From a bacterium (GTDB lineage: Bacteria > UBA8248 > JACPRG01 > G963555815), in contig CBDHDG010000005.1 in assembly GCA_965261595.1 (NCBI GenBank), positions 512,001-576,000 of the forward strand: DNA of 64,000 bases, read 5' to 3'. Shown piece after piece: positions 56,944-64,000 of the stretch. The notes under the pieces were generated by a model. That model did not search any database. It saw nothing but the letters and a program-made list of their open reading frames with translations, and was not told where the DNA came from. The stretch's first letter is position 1; every line of letters starts with the position of its first letter. Both the position numbers and the translations under genes were made by a program.

Positions 56944-58101
56944 CTAAGACGGCTTTCCCTTTTCGGCGCGGCTGAGAAGCTCCCGGTAAAACGCCACGGC
57001 CCGGCTGGCTTGCACGGGACGATCGAAATCCTCCCGGACCTTTTTCCGGCCCATGGCGCCCAGCGCCGCCGCCCGCTCCGGATCGCGAAGCAGACCGATG
57101 ACCGCCTCGGCCAGGGCCCGTGCGTCGGCCTGGGGGACGACCGACCCGGTCTTCCCGTCCTCGACGATCTCGTCCAGGCCGTCGCGGGCCGCGACGACGC
57201 AGGGCAGACCGTACGCCATGGCCTCCAGGAGCGCCCGGCCCGTGCCCTCCGATCCGCCGGACTGGAGAACGAAGACGCTCATCCGGCGCAGGACGTCCCG
57301 GAGGTCGCCGTCCCAAAACCCCGCCAGGATGACCTCGCCCCCCGCGCCCGTGCCGAAGCCAAGGGCCTCGGACCGCCGGACGATCTCCCCCCGGTGCTCG
57401 CCCTTGCCCGTGATGAGCAGCCGGGCCCCCGGGATTCGCTCCCGGATAGAGCCGAACGCCTCGAGGAGCGTGGAATGCCCGCGGTTCGGGGCCAGGCGGG
57501 AGACGGTTCCCACAACCGGCCCCGCGCCGTCCAACCCCAGATGTCCCCTGGCGGATTCCGCTCCCGTCCCCGGCCGGAAAAAATCCGTATCCACCATGCC
57601 GCGCTGGGTGCGGACCCACCCCGGGGGCAGACCGGCGGTCTCGACGCACCGCTTCCGGATTGCGTCGGAGACCGCCACGAACCCGTCCGTCCGGCCGTAG
57701 CAGAAAACCCGGTGGAATGGGTCCGCATGAACGTGGCGGGGGAGGTGAAAGGTTCGCACCAGGGCCGTGGCGGGAGGCGCCTTGCCCCGCCCCGCCGCCA
57801 GGGCCGTCCAGTGGTCGTGTGAGAGATGGGCGTGAACGATCCGGACGCCGCTCCTGGAGATGAGGCGGCCCAGGCGGCTTCGGTCCCGCAGGAAATCCCC
57901 GGGTCCCCATCGCCGGTTGAAGTGGAACCCCTCGAAGGCCAGACCCTCCGCCCGGGCCCGCTCCTCGAGCAGGTTGCCGGGAGTGGCGGCCAGGAGGACG
58001 CGGTGGCCCAGGTCCCGAAGCGCGCAGGAAAGCTCGAAGACGGCCGATGCGGCCCCCGTCAGCCAGGGGCTGCTGACGACCTGGAGGACCGAGAGCCCCA
58101 T
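56944..58101 (-). CDS. GT4 glycosyltransferase
   Basis: Real start within the 749-aa ORF at MGLSVLQV (58101); VHAHLSHDHW, SEGTGRALLEAMAYGLP. Confidence 0.88.
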   Translation of the reverse strand: MGLSVLQVVSSPWLTGAASAVFELSCALRDLGHRVLLAATPGNLLEERARAEGLAFEGFHFNRRWGPGDFLRDRSRLGRLISRSGVRIVHAHLSHDHWTALAAGRGKAPPATALVRTFHLPRHVHADPFHRVFCYGRTDGFVAVSDAIRKRCVETAGLPPGWVRTQRGMVDTDFFRPGTGAESARGHLGLDGAGPVVGTVSRLAPNRGHSTLLEAFGSIRERIPGARLLITGKGEHRGEIVRRSEALGFGTGAGGEVILAGFWDGDLRDVLRRMSVFVLQSGGSEGTGRALLEAMAYGLPCVVAARDGLDEIVEDGKTGSVVPQADARALAEAVIGLLRDPERAAALGAMGRKKVREDFDRPVQASRAVAFYRELLSRAEKGKPS

Positions 58102-58109
58102 CCCGTCCG

Positions 58110-59228
58110 TCAACGTCCGTTCCTCCCCCCTCGGGCGGCGCGGAGCGCTTCCTCGTAGATGTTTTCCAGGCCGTTCAACATGGCTTCCAGAGAGTGCCGC
58201 TCGCGCACCCGGTTCATCCCCGTTTTTCCCATGCGCTCCCGCTGCCCGGGATCGGCCAGCAGCCGCTCGACGGCCCGCGCCAGCGCGGCCGAGTCTCCCG
58301 GCTCGACCAGAAGCCCTGTCTCCCCCTCGCGGACGACCTCGGGGATGCCCCCGACCCTCGTTCCCACGACGGGCACGCCCGTCGCCATGGCCTGGAGGCC
58401 CGCTTGCGGGATGCCGTCGGTGCGGGTCGAGGCGATCACCAGGACGTCGAGGGCCGCCATCACTTCCGGAATGTCCTCCCGAAAGCCCGTCAGGGTGATC
58501 CGCGCCGTCATGTTCTCCGAGCGCACTTTCTCCGCGATCAGGTCCCGCCAAAGCCCGTCGCCGACGATGAAGAAGCGGACTTCGGGATTTCGGGCGGACA
58601 GGATCCGGGCGGCCTCGATGAAGTGGTCGTGGCCTTTGGAGCCCCGGAGCTGCGCCACGATCCCCACGACGGGCGTTTCCTCGCCGAGGCCGAACGCCTC
58701 CCTGAACGGCCGGCCGGAGACGTGCGGGCCGAACCGCCCGAGGTCCACGCCCGTCGGCAGGGTGATGACCCGGCCGGGGGGAACGCCGCACCGGCTCACC
58801 AAGTGGTCCCGCGTGGCGGACGCCGTGACCAGGATGCGGTCTGGAATTTGGTAGACGGGGTTCAGGCGGTGTGCGCGGACCGGGATGGATACGTGGCGCG
58901 TGCGGAAGATCACCGGGACGCCCGCGCTCTTTCCGGCCAGGCCGGCGAGCCAACTGTCCTTCGAGCTGTGGGTGTGGAGGATGGCGGGCCTTTCCCTTCG
59001 GAGGAGGCGGAAGATCCGCAGGAGGGCGAGGGGGTCGGCGACGCTTCGGATCGGGGCGGCCAGGAAAGGAAGCCCGCGGCAGCGCGCCTCCCTTTCTATG
59101 CCGCTGCCCGAGGGCCCGGCGACGCGCACCCGGTGCCCGCGCCGGGTCAGGTGGTCCGCCTCCAGAATCGTGCGGGCCTCCTGCCCGCCCCATCCGGCCG
59201 AGGATTCCGTATGGAGGATGTCAAGCAT
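58110..59228 (-). CDS. GT4 glycosyltransferase
   Basis: GWGGQE, LHTHSSKDSW, KGHDHF, GFREDI, QAMATGVPVVGTRVGGIPE. Confidence 0.9.
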   Translation of the reverse strand: MLDILHTESSAGWGGQEARTILEADHLTRRGHRVRVAGPSGSGIEREARCRGLPFLAAPIRSVADPLALLRIFRLLRRERPAILHTHSSKDSWLAGLAGKSAGVPVIFRTRHVSIPVRAHRLNPVYQIPDRILVTASATRDHLVSRCGVPPGRVITLPTGVDLGRFGPHVSGRPFREAFGLGEETPVVGIVAQLRGSKGHDHFIEAARILSARNPEVRFFIVGDGLWRDLIAEKVRSENMTARITLTGFREDIPEVMAALDVLVIASTRTDGIPQAGLQAMATGVPVVGTRVGGIPEVVREGETGLLVEPGDSAALARAVERLLADPGQRERMGKTGMNRVRERHSLEAMLNGLENIYEEALRAARGGRNGR

Positions 59229-59988
59229 CCGGGTCTTTCGTCAGCTCCAGGAGCCGGGCGTATTTGGCGAAGACGTAAAAGGCGTCCAGGACGGAGAAGA
59301 TGAGACCGTCGATTCCGTCCGTGAAGCCGCGCATCAGGACCAGGTTGCGGAAAAACCGGACGGGGGGCCGAAGACAGAGGTGGGTCCACCCGGGACGGAC
59401 CCCCCGCGCTTGTAGATCGAGGGCGGCGAGGCGCGAGTAGCGCTCGAGCCGCCGCAGGTAGTCGCCCAGGTCCTCGTAGCTCCGGTGTTCGAGGGCGCCC
59501 CGCAGGGTTCCCGTCCGCCCCTGAATCTCGACCGATTCGTGCACGCTCCGGTCGTTGAACCGGCCCGCGTGTTTCCGAAACAGGCGCATCTGGTAATCGG
59601 GGTAGAAGGATTTGCTCTTCATCCACCGGCCCCAGAAGATGTTCCGCCGGGGGACGAAATAGCCGTCGCATTCCGGTTCTTCGCGGTCCAGGAGGTCCTG
59701 GATCTCCCGCTTGAGGTCGTCCGTGACGCGCTCATCGGCGTCCAGGCTCAGGACCCAGGGGTGCGAGGCGTTCTCCAGGGCGAAGTTCTTCTGGGCGGCG
59801 TATCCGGGCCAGGGGTTTTCCAGGACGCGCGCCCCGCGGTCGCGGGAGACCTCCCGGGTGGCGTCGCTGCTGCCGCCGTCCACGACGATGATCTCGTCCA
59901 CCCAGCGCAGGCTGTCCAGGCAGGCGCCGATTCGGGCGCTCTCATCCTGTGCGATGACCGTTGCGGAAAGTCCTCGTCCTTCGCCCAT
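59221..59988 (-). CDS. GT2 glycosyltransferase (WaaE/KdtX-like)
   Basis: DEIIVVDGGSSD, WPGYAAQKNFA, LSLDADE, YPDYQMRLF, VHES; start MGEGRGLS at 59988. Confidence 0.92.
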   Translation of the reverse strand: MGEGRGLSATVIAQDESARIGACLDSLRWVDEIIVVDGGSSDATREVSRDRGARVLENPWPGYAAQKNFALENASHPWVLSLDADERVTDDLKREIQDLLDREEPECDGYFVPRRNIFWGRWMKSKSFYPDYQMRLFRKHAGRFNDRSVHESVEIQGRTGTLRGALEHRSYEDLGDYLRRLERYSRLAALDLQARGVRPGWTHLCLRPPVRFFRNLVLMRGFTDGIDGLIFSVLDAFYVFAKYARLLELTKDPDA

Positions 59989-60055
59989 GCCCCGGCTCCG
60001 CCTCCCGTCTCTTCCCCCTTCCCCGCCGTCGGGACGGGCTTCCGGACGCGGGGGT

Positions 60056-60241
60056 TTACTCCCCCCCGCCCCCTTCCAGGGGTGACGCCTCGTCGATGAG
60101 CATGATGGGGATGTCGTCGCGGATGGGGTACTTGAGCTTGCACGCCTCACACGTCAGCCAGCCCGCGTCTTCATCCAGCCGGAGCTCCCCCTTGCACTTG
60201 GGACACGCCAGGATCTCAAGAAGTTCTTTGTTGATCGCCAC
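60056..60241 (-). CDS. Trm112-family (YcaR-like) protein
   Basis: LLEILACPKCKGEL...CEAC...YPIRDDIPIMLIDEA. Confidence 0.93.
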   Translation of the reverse strand: MAINKELLEILACPKCKGELRLDEDAGWLTCEACKLKYPIRDDIPIMLIDEASPLEGGGGE

Positions 60242-61205
60242 CCAATTTTCTCCTTTCCTGCCATTCGTATTGGCGCTGGATGCCGTCGCGCAGGCTCACG
60301 CGCGGAGCGAAACCCAGCTCCCGCTCGGCGCGGGAGACATCCGCCCAGGTATGCCGGACGTCCCCCGCCTGTCGGTCGTGATGGCTCCGCTTCGCGCGGC
60401 GCCCGGAAACCTCTTCCAGTATTTCCACCACCCGGTTGACCGAGGCCCGTTCGCCGCCTCCGATATTGTAGACCGTCCCGTTCCGCCCCCGCTCCGCCGC
60501 CGCGAGGTTTGCGGCCACCGCGTCGCTGACGTACGTGAAGTCCCGCGTCTGTTCCCCGTCGCCGTAGATCCGGATCTCCTCTCCACTCAACATGGCGTCG
60601 ATGAACCGGTTGAAGGCCATGTCCGGCCGCTGACGGGGGCCGTACACCGTGAAGTAACGCAGCGAAACCACCGGCAGGCCGAACTGCTTCCAGTAGAGAT
60701 GGCCCAGATGCTCGGCGGCAAGCTTGGACACCCCGTAGGGGGAGATGGGCCGGGGGGTCGTGTCCTCCGGGGTCCGGGCCTCCTCGGCCTCTCCGTAAAT
60801 CGAGGAGGAGGAGGCGTAGACGATCCGGCTGACCTTTCCGTTTCCCTCGGACCCCGCCTGCCGGACGGCCTCCAGCAGGCGTTGGGCGCCCAGGATGTTG
60901 TTGTCGGTGTAGGTCCGGAAGGAATCTCCCCAACTGGCCCGGACGCCCGCCTGCGCCGCCTGGTGAAACACCCAGTCCACGCCTCGCAGGAGGCCGCCGA
61001 GGTCGATCCCGGCCAGGTCCCCCTCTACGAGCTCGAAGGCGGCTTCGTCTTTCAGGCCCGACAGGTTCGATTCCTTCACCTCCCGGGCGTAGTAATCGGC
61101 GAAAGAGTCGAGCCCCAGGACTTCATGCCCCTCGGCCGTCAAGGCTTCCGCCAGATGGGAGCCGATGAAACCGGCGACGCCGGTGATCAGGCAACGCTTG
61201 TTCAA
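60216..61205 (-). CDS. NAD-dependent nucleotide-sugar epimerase/dehydratase (UDP-glucuronate/UDP-glucose 4-epimerase-like)
   Basis: TGVAGFIG, AAQAGVR, YASSSSIYG, YGVSK, YFTVYGPRQRPDMA. Confidence 0.92.
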   Translation of the reverse strand: MNKRCLITGVAGFIGSHLAEALTAEGHEVLGLDSFADYYAREVKESNLSGLKDEAAFELVEGDLAGIDLGGLLRGVDWVFHQAAQAGVRASWGDSFRTYTDNNILGAQRLLEAVRQAGSEGNGKVSRIVYASSSSIYGEAEEARTPEDTTPRPISPYGVSKLAAEHLGHLYWKQFGLPVVSLRYFTVYGPRQRPDMAFNRFIDAMLSGEEIRIYGDGEQTRDFTYVSDAVAANLAAAERGRNGTVYNIGGGERASVNRVVEILEEVSGRRAKRSHHDRQAGDVRHTWADVSRAERELGFAPRVSLRDGIQRQYEWQERRKLGGDQQRTS

Positions 61206-62347
61206 GAGCGGTTTTTCTCCTCAGCGCCGGCCGCGACGCCGGCCCAGGGGGGGTCCGCCCGCCCGCGCGACCAGAGCGCAAGGGCGCTCTCGGCCGCCTC
61301 GGCCGGCGTGATCCCGGTCAGACATCGGATCCCGAAGCCGGGGCACTTCCTCTCGTAACAGTGGCTGCACGGGAGCTCGTGATGAACCACCGTCCCCCGG
61401 CCGCCGCCGGGGGGGCCGGGGCCGAGCGGCCCGTTTCGGGAGGGCGTCGTGGGGCCCATGAGGGCGACGGTGGGGACGCCCAGCGCCGCCGCCAGGTGAA
61501 GGGGGCCCGTGTCCCCCCCGATGACCATCCGGCAGCGCTCCAGGAACGCCGCCATCTCCCGGACCGACGTGGGGGGGATCACCTCGGCGGGCGCCTGGAA
61601 ATTCGCGCGCAACGCTTCGGCCAACGGTCCCTCGTCCTTTCCCCGGACCACCAAAAGCTTCGCCCCGGTCTCCGCGGCAATCCGGTCGCCCAGCGCGGCG
61701 AACCGCTCCACCCCCCAGCGCTTCGTCTCCCAGCCCGCGCCCGGGCATATCGCCACGACGGGAACATCGGAGGTCCAGCCCCGGTCGGCGAAGAAGGTGT
61801 CCGCCGGCCGCCGGTCCGACTCCGTGAGGGCGAGGGGGAACTCGATGGGGATGTCCCCATCGATCCCCAGGGGCGCCAGCAGCGAGAGGTTTCGCTCGAT
61901 CACGTGCTCCGCCCCGCTCGGCGGCGCGACGGGATGCGTATAGAGCGCCGAGGCCGCGGACTCCCGGCAGTGGTCCGAATCGAACCCGATCCGTTTTTTG
62001 GCTCCCGAGAGCCGGGCCAGTATGGCACTTTTCAGCAGTCCCTGGAAATCCAGGGCCACGTCGAATCGGCTCCGGCGGACGCGCCGCACGGCGTCCACCG
62101 GCCCGGCGGCCCCCCTGCGAAGCCGGCGCCACCGCCGGGTGTCCATCACGTAGAGGCCGTCCAGCAGGGGGTGTCCCGCCAGGAAGGGCGCGTGGGCGGA
62201 TTCGACCAGCCATTCGATTCGATTCCCGCCGGAGGGTCCGCTCCCGTCGCGCGGGAATTTTCGGCGCAGGGCCGAGAGCGCCGGCAGGGTGTGGAGAATG
62301 TCTCCCAGGGAGCCGAGCCTGATGATTGCGATTCGCACGGGTCGCAC
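61202..62347 (-). CDS. waaC: LPS heptosyltransferase I (GT9)
   Basis: RLGSLGDILHTLP, LDFQGLLKSA, HVIERN, DTGPLHLAAALG. Confidence 0.88.
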   Translation of the reverse strand: MRPVRIAIIRLGSLGDILHTLPALSALRRKFPRDGSGPSGGNRIEWLVESAHAPFLAGHPLLDGLYVMDTRRWRRLRRGAAGPVDAVRRVRRSRFDVALDFQGLLKSAILARLSGAKKRIGFDSDHCRESAASALYTHPVAPPSGAEHVIERNLSLLAPLGIDGDIPIEFPLALTESDRRPADTFFADRGWTSDVPVVAICPGAGWETKRWGVERFAALGDRIAAETGAKLLVVRGKDEGPLAEALRANFQAPAEVIPPTSVREMAAFLERCRMVIGGDTGPLHLAAALGVPTVALMGPTTPSRNGPLGPGPPGGGRGTVVHHELPCSHCYERKCPGFGIRCLTGITPAEAAESALALWSRGRADPPWAGVAAGAEEKNRS

Positions 62348-62350
62348 CCT

Positions 62351-62857
62351 CTATGGCCTTGCGTCCGTATCGCCGGGATCGGGACGCATCCGCGCCGCGA
62401 GCTCCGTCGATGACCGGGTCTTCGGGTCTCCGGTGATGGCGGTCTCGCCGCCGTACTCCAGCACGACGTCCCGCTCGGGGACGGTTTCGACGGTGTATTC
62501 CGTTCCCTTGGCGTGGACGTGGGGTTTCAGGCGCCTCAGCAGGCGGCTGACGTCCCCTTCCCCGAACAGGATGAGGTGATCCACGCAAGAAAGGGCCGAG
62601 AGGATCTCCAACCGGTCCTCCTGCGTCATCCACGGCCGGCCTTCTCCCTTCAGGGCGCGGGCGGAGGCGTCGTCGTTGACGGCGACGATGAGAACGTCCC
62701 CCAGGGCGCGGGCCTCCCTCAGATAACGGATGTGGCCCACGTGCAGGACATCGAAGCACCCGTTGGCGAATACAACGCGGCGCCGCCGCGCCTTCAGGCG
62801 CTCGACCGTTTCGGCCAGGGCCTCGGCGGTCAGGATCTTGGAGGTTTCCTCCGTCAC
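62351..62857 (-). CDS. rfaE2: D-glycero-beta-D-manno-heptose 1-phosphate adenylyltransferase (HldC/RfaE2)
   Basis: FANGCFDVLHVGHIRYL, VAVNDDAS, KGEGRP, SST. Confidence 0.9.
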   Translation of the reverse strand: MTEETSKILTAEALAETVERLKARRRRVVFANGCFDVLHVGHIRYLREARALGDVLIVAVNDDASARALKGEGRPWMTQEDRLEILSALSCVDHLILFGEGDVSRLLRRLKPHVHAKGTEYTVETVPERDVVLEYGGETAITGDPKTRSSTELAARMRPDPGDTDARP

Positions 62858-63861
62858 AGGACCTCCAGCAGCTCCCGTTGAGACACCGTGGCCGTTCCGC
62901 GTTTCATGACGACGAGTCCCCCGGCGATGTTGGCCAGCCGGGCGGCCTCCGGCATGCCGGCCTCCGCGGCCAGCGAGAGGCAGAAGGTTCCGATCACCGT
63001 GTCGCCCGCGCCCGTGACATCGGTCACGTCGTCTCCGCCGAAGATGTCCAGGGATTGGGGAGGGCGTCCCGCCTCGAAGAGGACCATTCCGTGTTTCCCC
63101 CGGGTGAGGAGGAGCCCCTGAATTCCCATTTGCTCGCGCAGCGCTTCGGTCTCGCGGAAGAGCTTGTCATCGTCGTCCGCCGCGCCCGCCGGGCCGCCCA
63201 GCACCGCGCTCATCTCCTCCTCGTTGGGCGTCACCGCCGTCACGCCGTGAAAGCCGCGCAGGTTATAGCGGGAGTCCACGAGGACGGGGAGTCCGCCGTT
63301 CGCGGCGCGCTTGTCTTTCGCCAGGGCGTTCACCGCGCGGAGGACCTCCGGCCCCACCGCGCCCAGGCCGTAGTCGGAGATCAGGATCGCGTCGGCCGTC
63401 TCCGCCCGCTCTCTCAGCGCCCTGGCCAGCCGATCGGCGGCCTCGCGGGGAACCCCGCCTTCTCCTTCCCGGTCGATGCGGATCACCTGCTGCATCGCGG
63501 TGTTGGTCTGTCCGGCCAGGATCCGCATCTTGACGGTCGTTTCGATTTCCGGCAGCCGCTCGACGCCCGAGGCGTCGATGCCGTGTTCTCGCAGGAGGTC
63601 CGAAACCTCCCGGCCGGCGTCGTCGTCGCCCAACAGTCCCAGGACGGAGACCTCGCCGCCCAGGGCCCGGATGTTGTTGGCGGCGTTGCCCGCGCCCCCG
63701 AGCTTCACCTCCCGGGAGCGGCGCCGCAGGATCAGGACGGGCGCTTCCCGGGAGACGCGATGGGCCGTTCCCAGGAGGTATTCGTCCGCGATCAGGTCGC
63801 CCAGGACCAGGACGCGCCGGCCCCCGAAGGCTTGCGCCTGGCCGCGTAGGTCGGTGTCCAT
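62854..63861 (-). CDS. rfaE1: D-glycero-beta-D-manno-heptose-7-phosphate kinase (HldA/RfaE1)
   Basis: RVSREAPV, GGAGNAANN, ISDYGLG, DVTGAGDT, VMKRGTA; ATG at 63861 overlaps the upstream stop. Confidence 0.93.
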   Translation of the reverse strand: MDTDLRGQAQAFGGRRVLVLGDLIADEYLLGTAHRVSREAPVLILRRRSREVKLGGAGNAANNIRALGGEVSVLGLLGDDDAGREVSDLLREHGIDASGVERLPEIETTVKMRILAGQTNTAMQQVIRIDREGEGGVPREAADRLARALRERAETADAILISDYGLGAVGPEVLRAVNALAKDKRAANGGLPVLVDSRYNLRGFHGVTAVTPNEEEMSAVLGGPAGAADDDDKLFRETEALREQMGIQGLLLTRGKHGMVLFEAGRPPQSLDIFGGDDVTDVTGAGDTVIGTFCLSLAAEAGMPEAARLANIAGGLVVMKRGTATVSQRELLEVL

Positions 63862-64000
63862 CAGTCCTCCTTCACCCCCAGGTCGCTCAGGATCCAGCGT
63901 GCGGCCTCGATCAGGTCTTCCACGATCGCGTCCGGCGGAGACGGCCACCCCGACCCGTTCCAGCGCCACTCGCCCCGGCCGTACCCCGTCAGGACCAGAA
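63861..64000 (-). CDS. gmhB: C-terminal end of a GmhB-like heptose-bisphosphate phosphatase (partial; runs off the window)
   Basis: Read by hand: LVLTGYGRGEWRWNGSGWPSPPDAIVEDLIEAARWIL...*; typical GmhB C-terminus and context. Confidence 0.75.
   Translation of the reverse strand, partial: LVLTGYGRGEWRWNGSGWPSPPDAIVEDLIEAARWILSDLGVKED

Noticed and set aside
56944..59193. 749-aa ORF as a giant fused glycosyltransferase
   Set aside because: The first 364 codons overlap the 58110-59228 gene out of frame and are low-complexity; the real gene starts near 58101. The same applies to the N-terminal extensions given for ftsW, ftsI, ftsL and the GT2.
26868..63849. Long plus-strand and alternate-frame ORFs over the dcw and LPS clusters (e.g. 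34832-37492, 38056-39939, 54633-56906)
   Set aside because: Shadow ORFs antisense to, or out of frame with, well-conserved genes; expected in high-GC DNA with few stop codons.
1..64000. tRNA, rRNA, tmRNA or prophage genes
   Set aside because: No cloverleaf, rRNA-like segment, integrase or phage structural gene was recognised by eye; tRNAscan-SE and Infernal would be needed to exclude them formally.

Overview
A 64 kb piece of chromosome from a high-GC, LPS-producing (diderm) bacterium; the phylum cannot be fixed from sequence alone. It has three zones. (1) 1-26.6 kb is an accessory region with many insertion sequences and visible gene decay. It holds two IS1595 transposases, an intact IS3 (3-bp TSD) inserted in what looks like a sigma-54 promoter, and a SenA/EgtB-type sulfoxide/selenoxide synthase without partner genes. 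It also has a cluster of three basic secreted proteins (a four-PASTA pseudogene, a hypothetical, and a gluzincin-like protease pseudogene hit by IS256), SDR, PIG-L, UbiD, FGE-fold and DUF1989 enzymes, hicB with a hicA remnant, and a degenerate HEPN-like operon. A GIY-YIG nuclease lies between REP-like palindromes and two ~320-bp structured direct repeats, next to a membrane hydrolase fused to four HTH repeats. (2) 26.8-44.1 kb is an intact minus-strand dcw cluster (mraZ to ftsZ) lacking ddl. It is followed by a 5'-truncated cytochrome c gene and an IS3-family element carrying a nested inverted IS1380 composite (45.1-48.6 kb). (3) 48.8-64 kb is a minus-strand LPS core/ADP-heptose cluster (gmhB partial, rfaE1, rfaE2, waaC, epimerase, Trm112-like protein, glycosyltransferases, msbA, carbamoyltransferase). 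No rRNA, tRNA or CRISPR array was seen. The best candidates for novelty are the 20.4-21.7 kb repeat/GIY-YIG module and the adjacent hydrolase-HTH fusion. All family assignments come from motif recognition by eye; no database searches were run.
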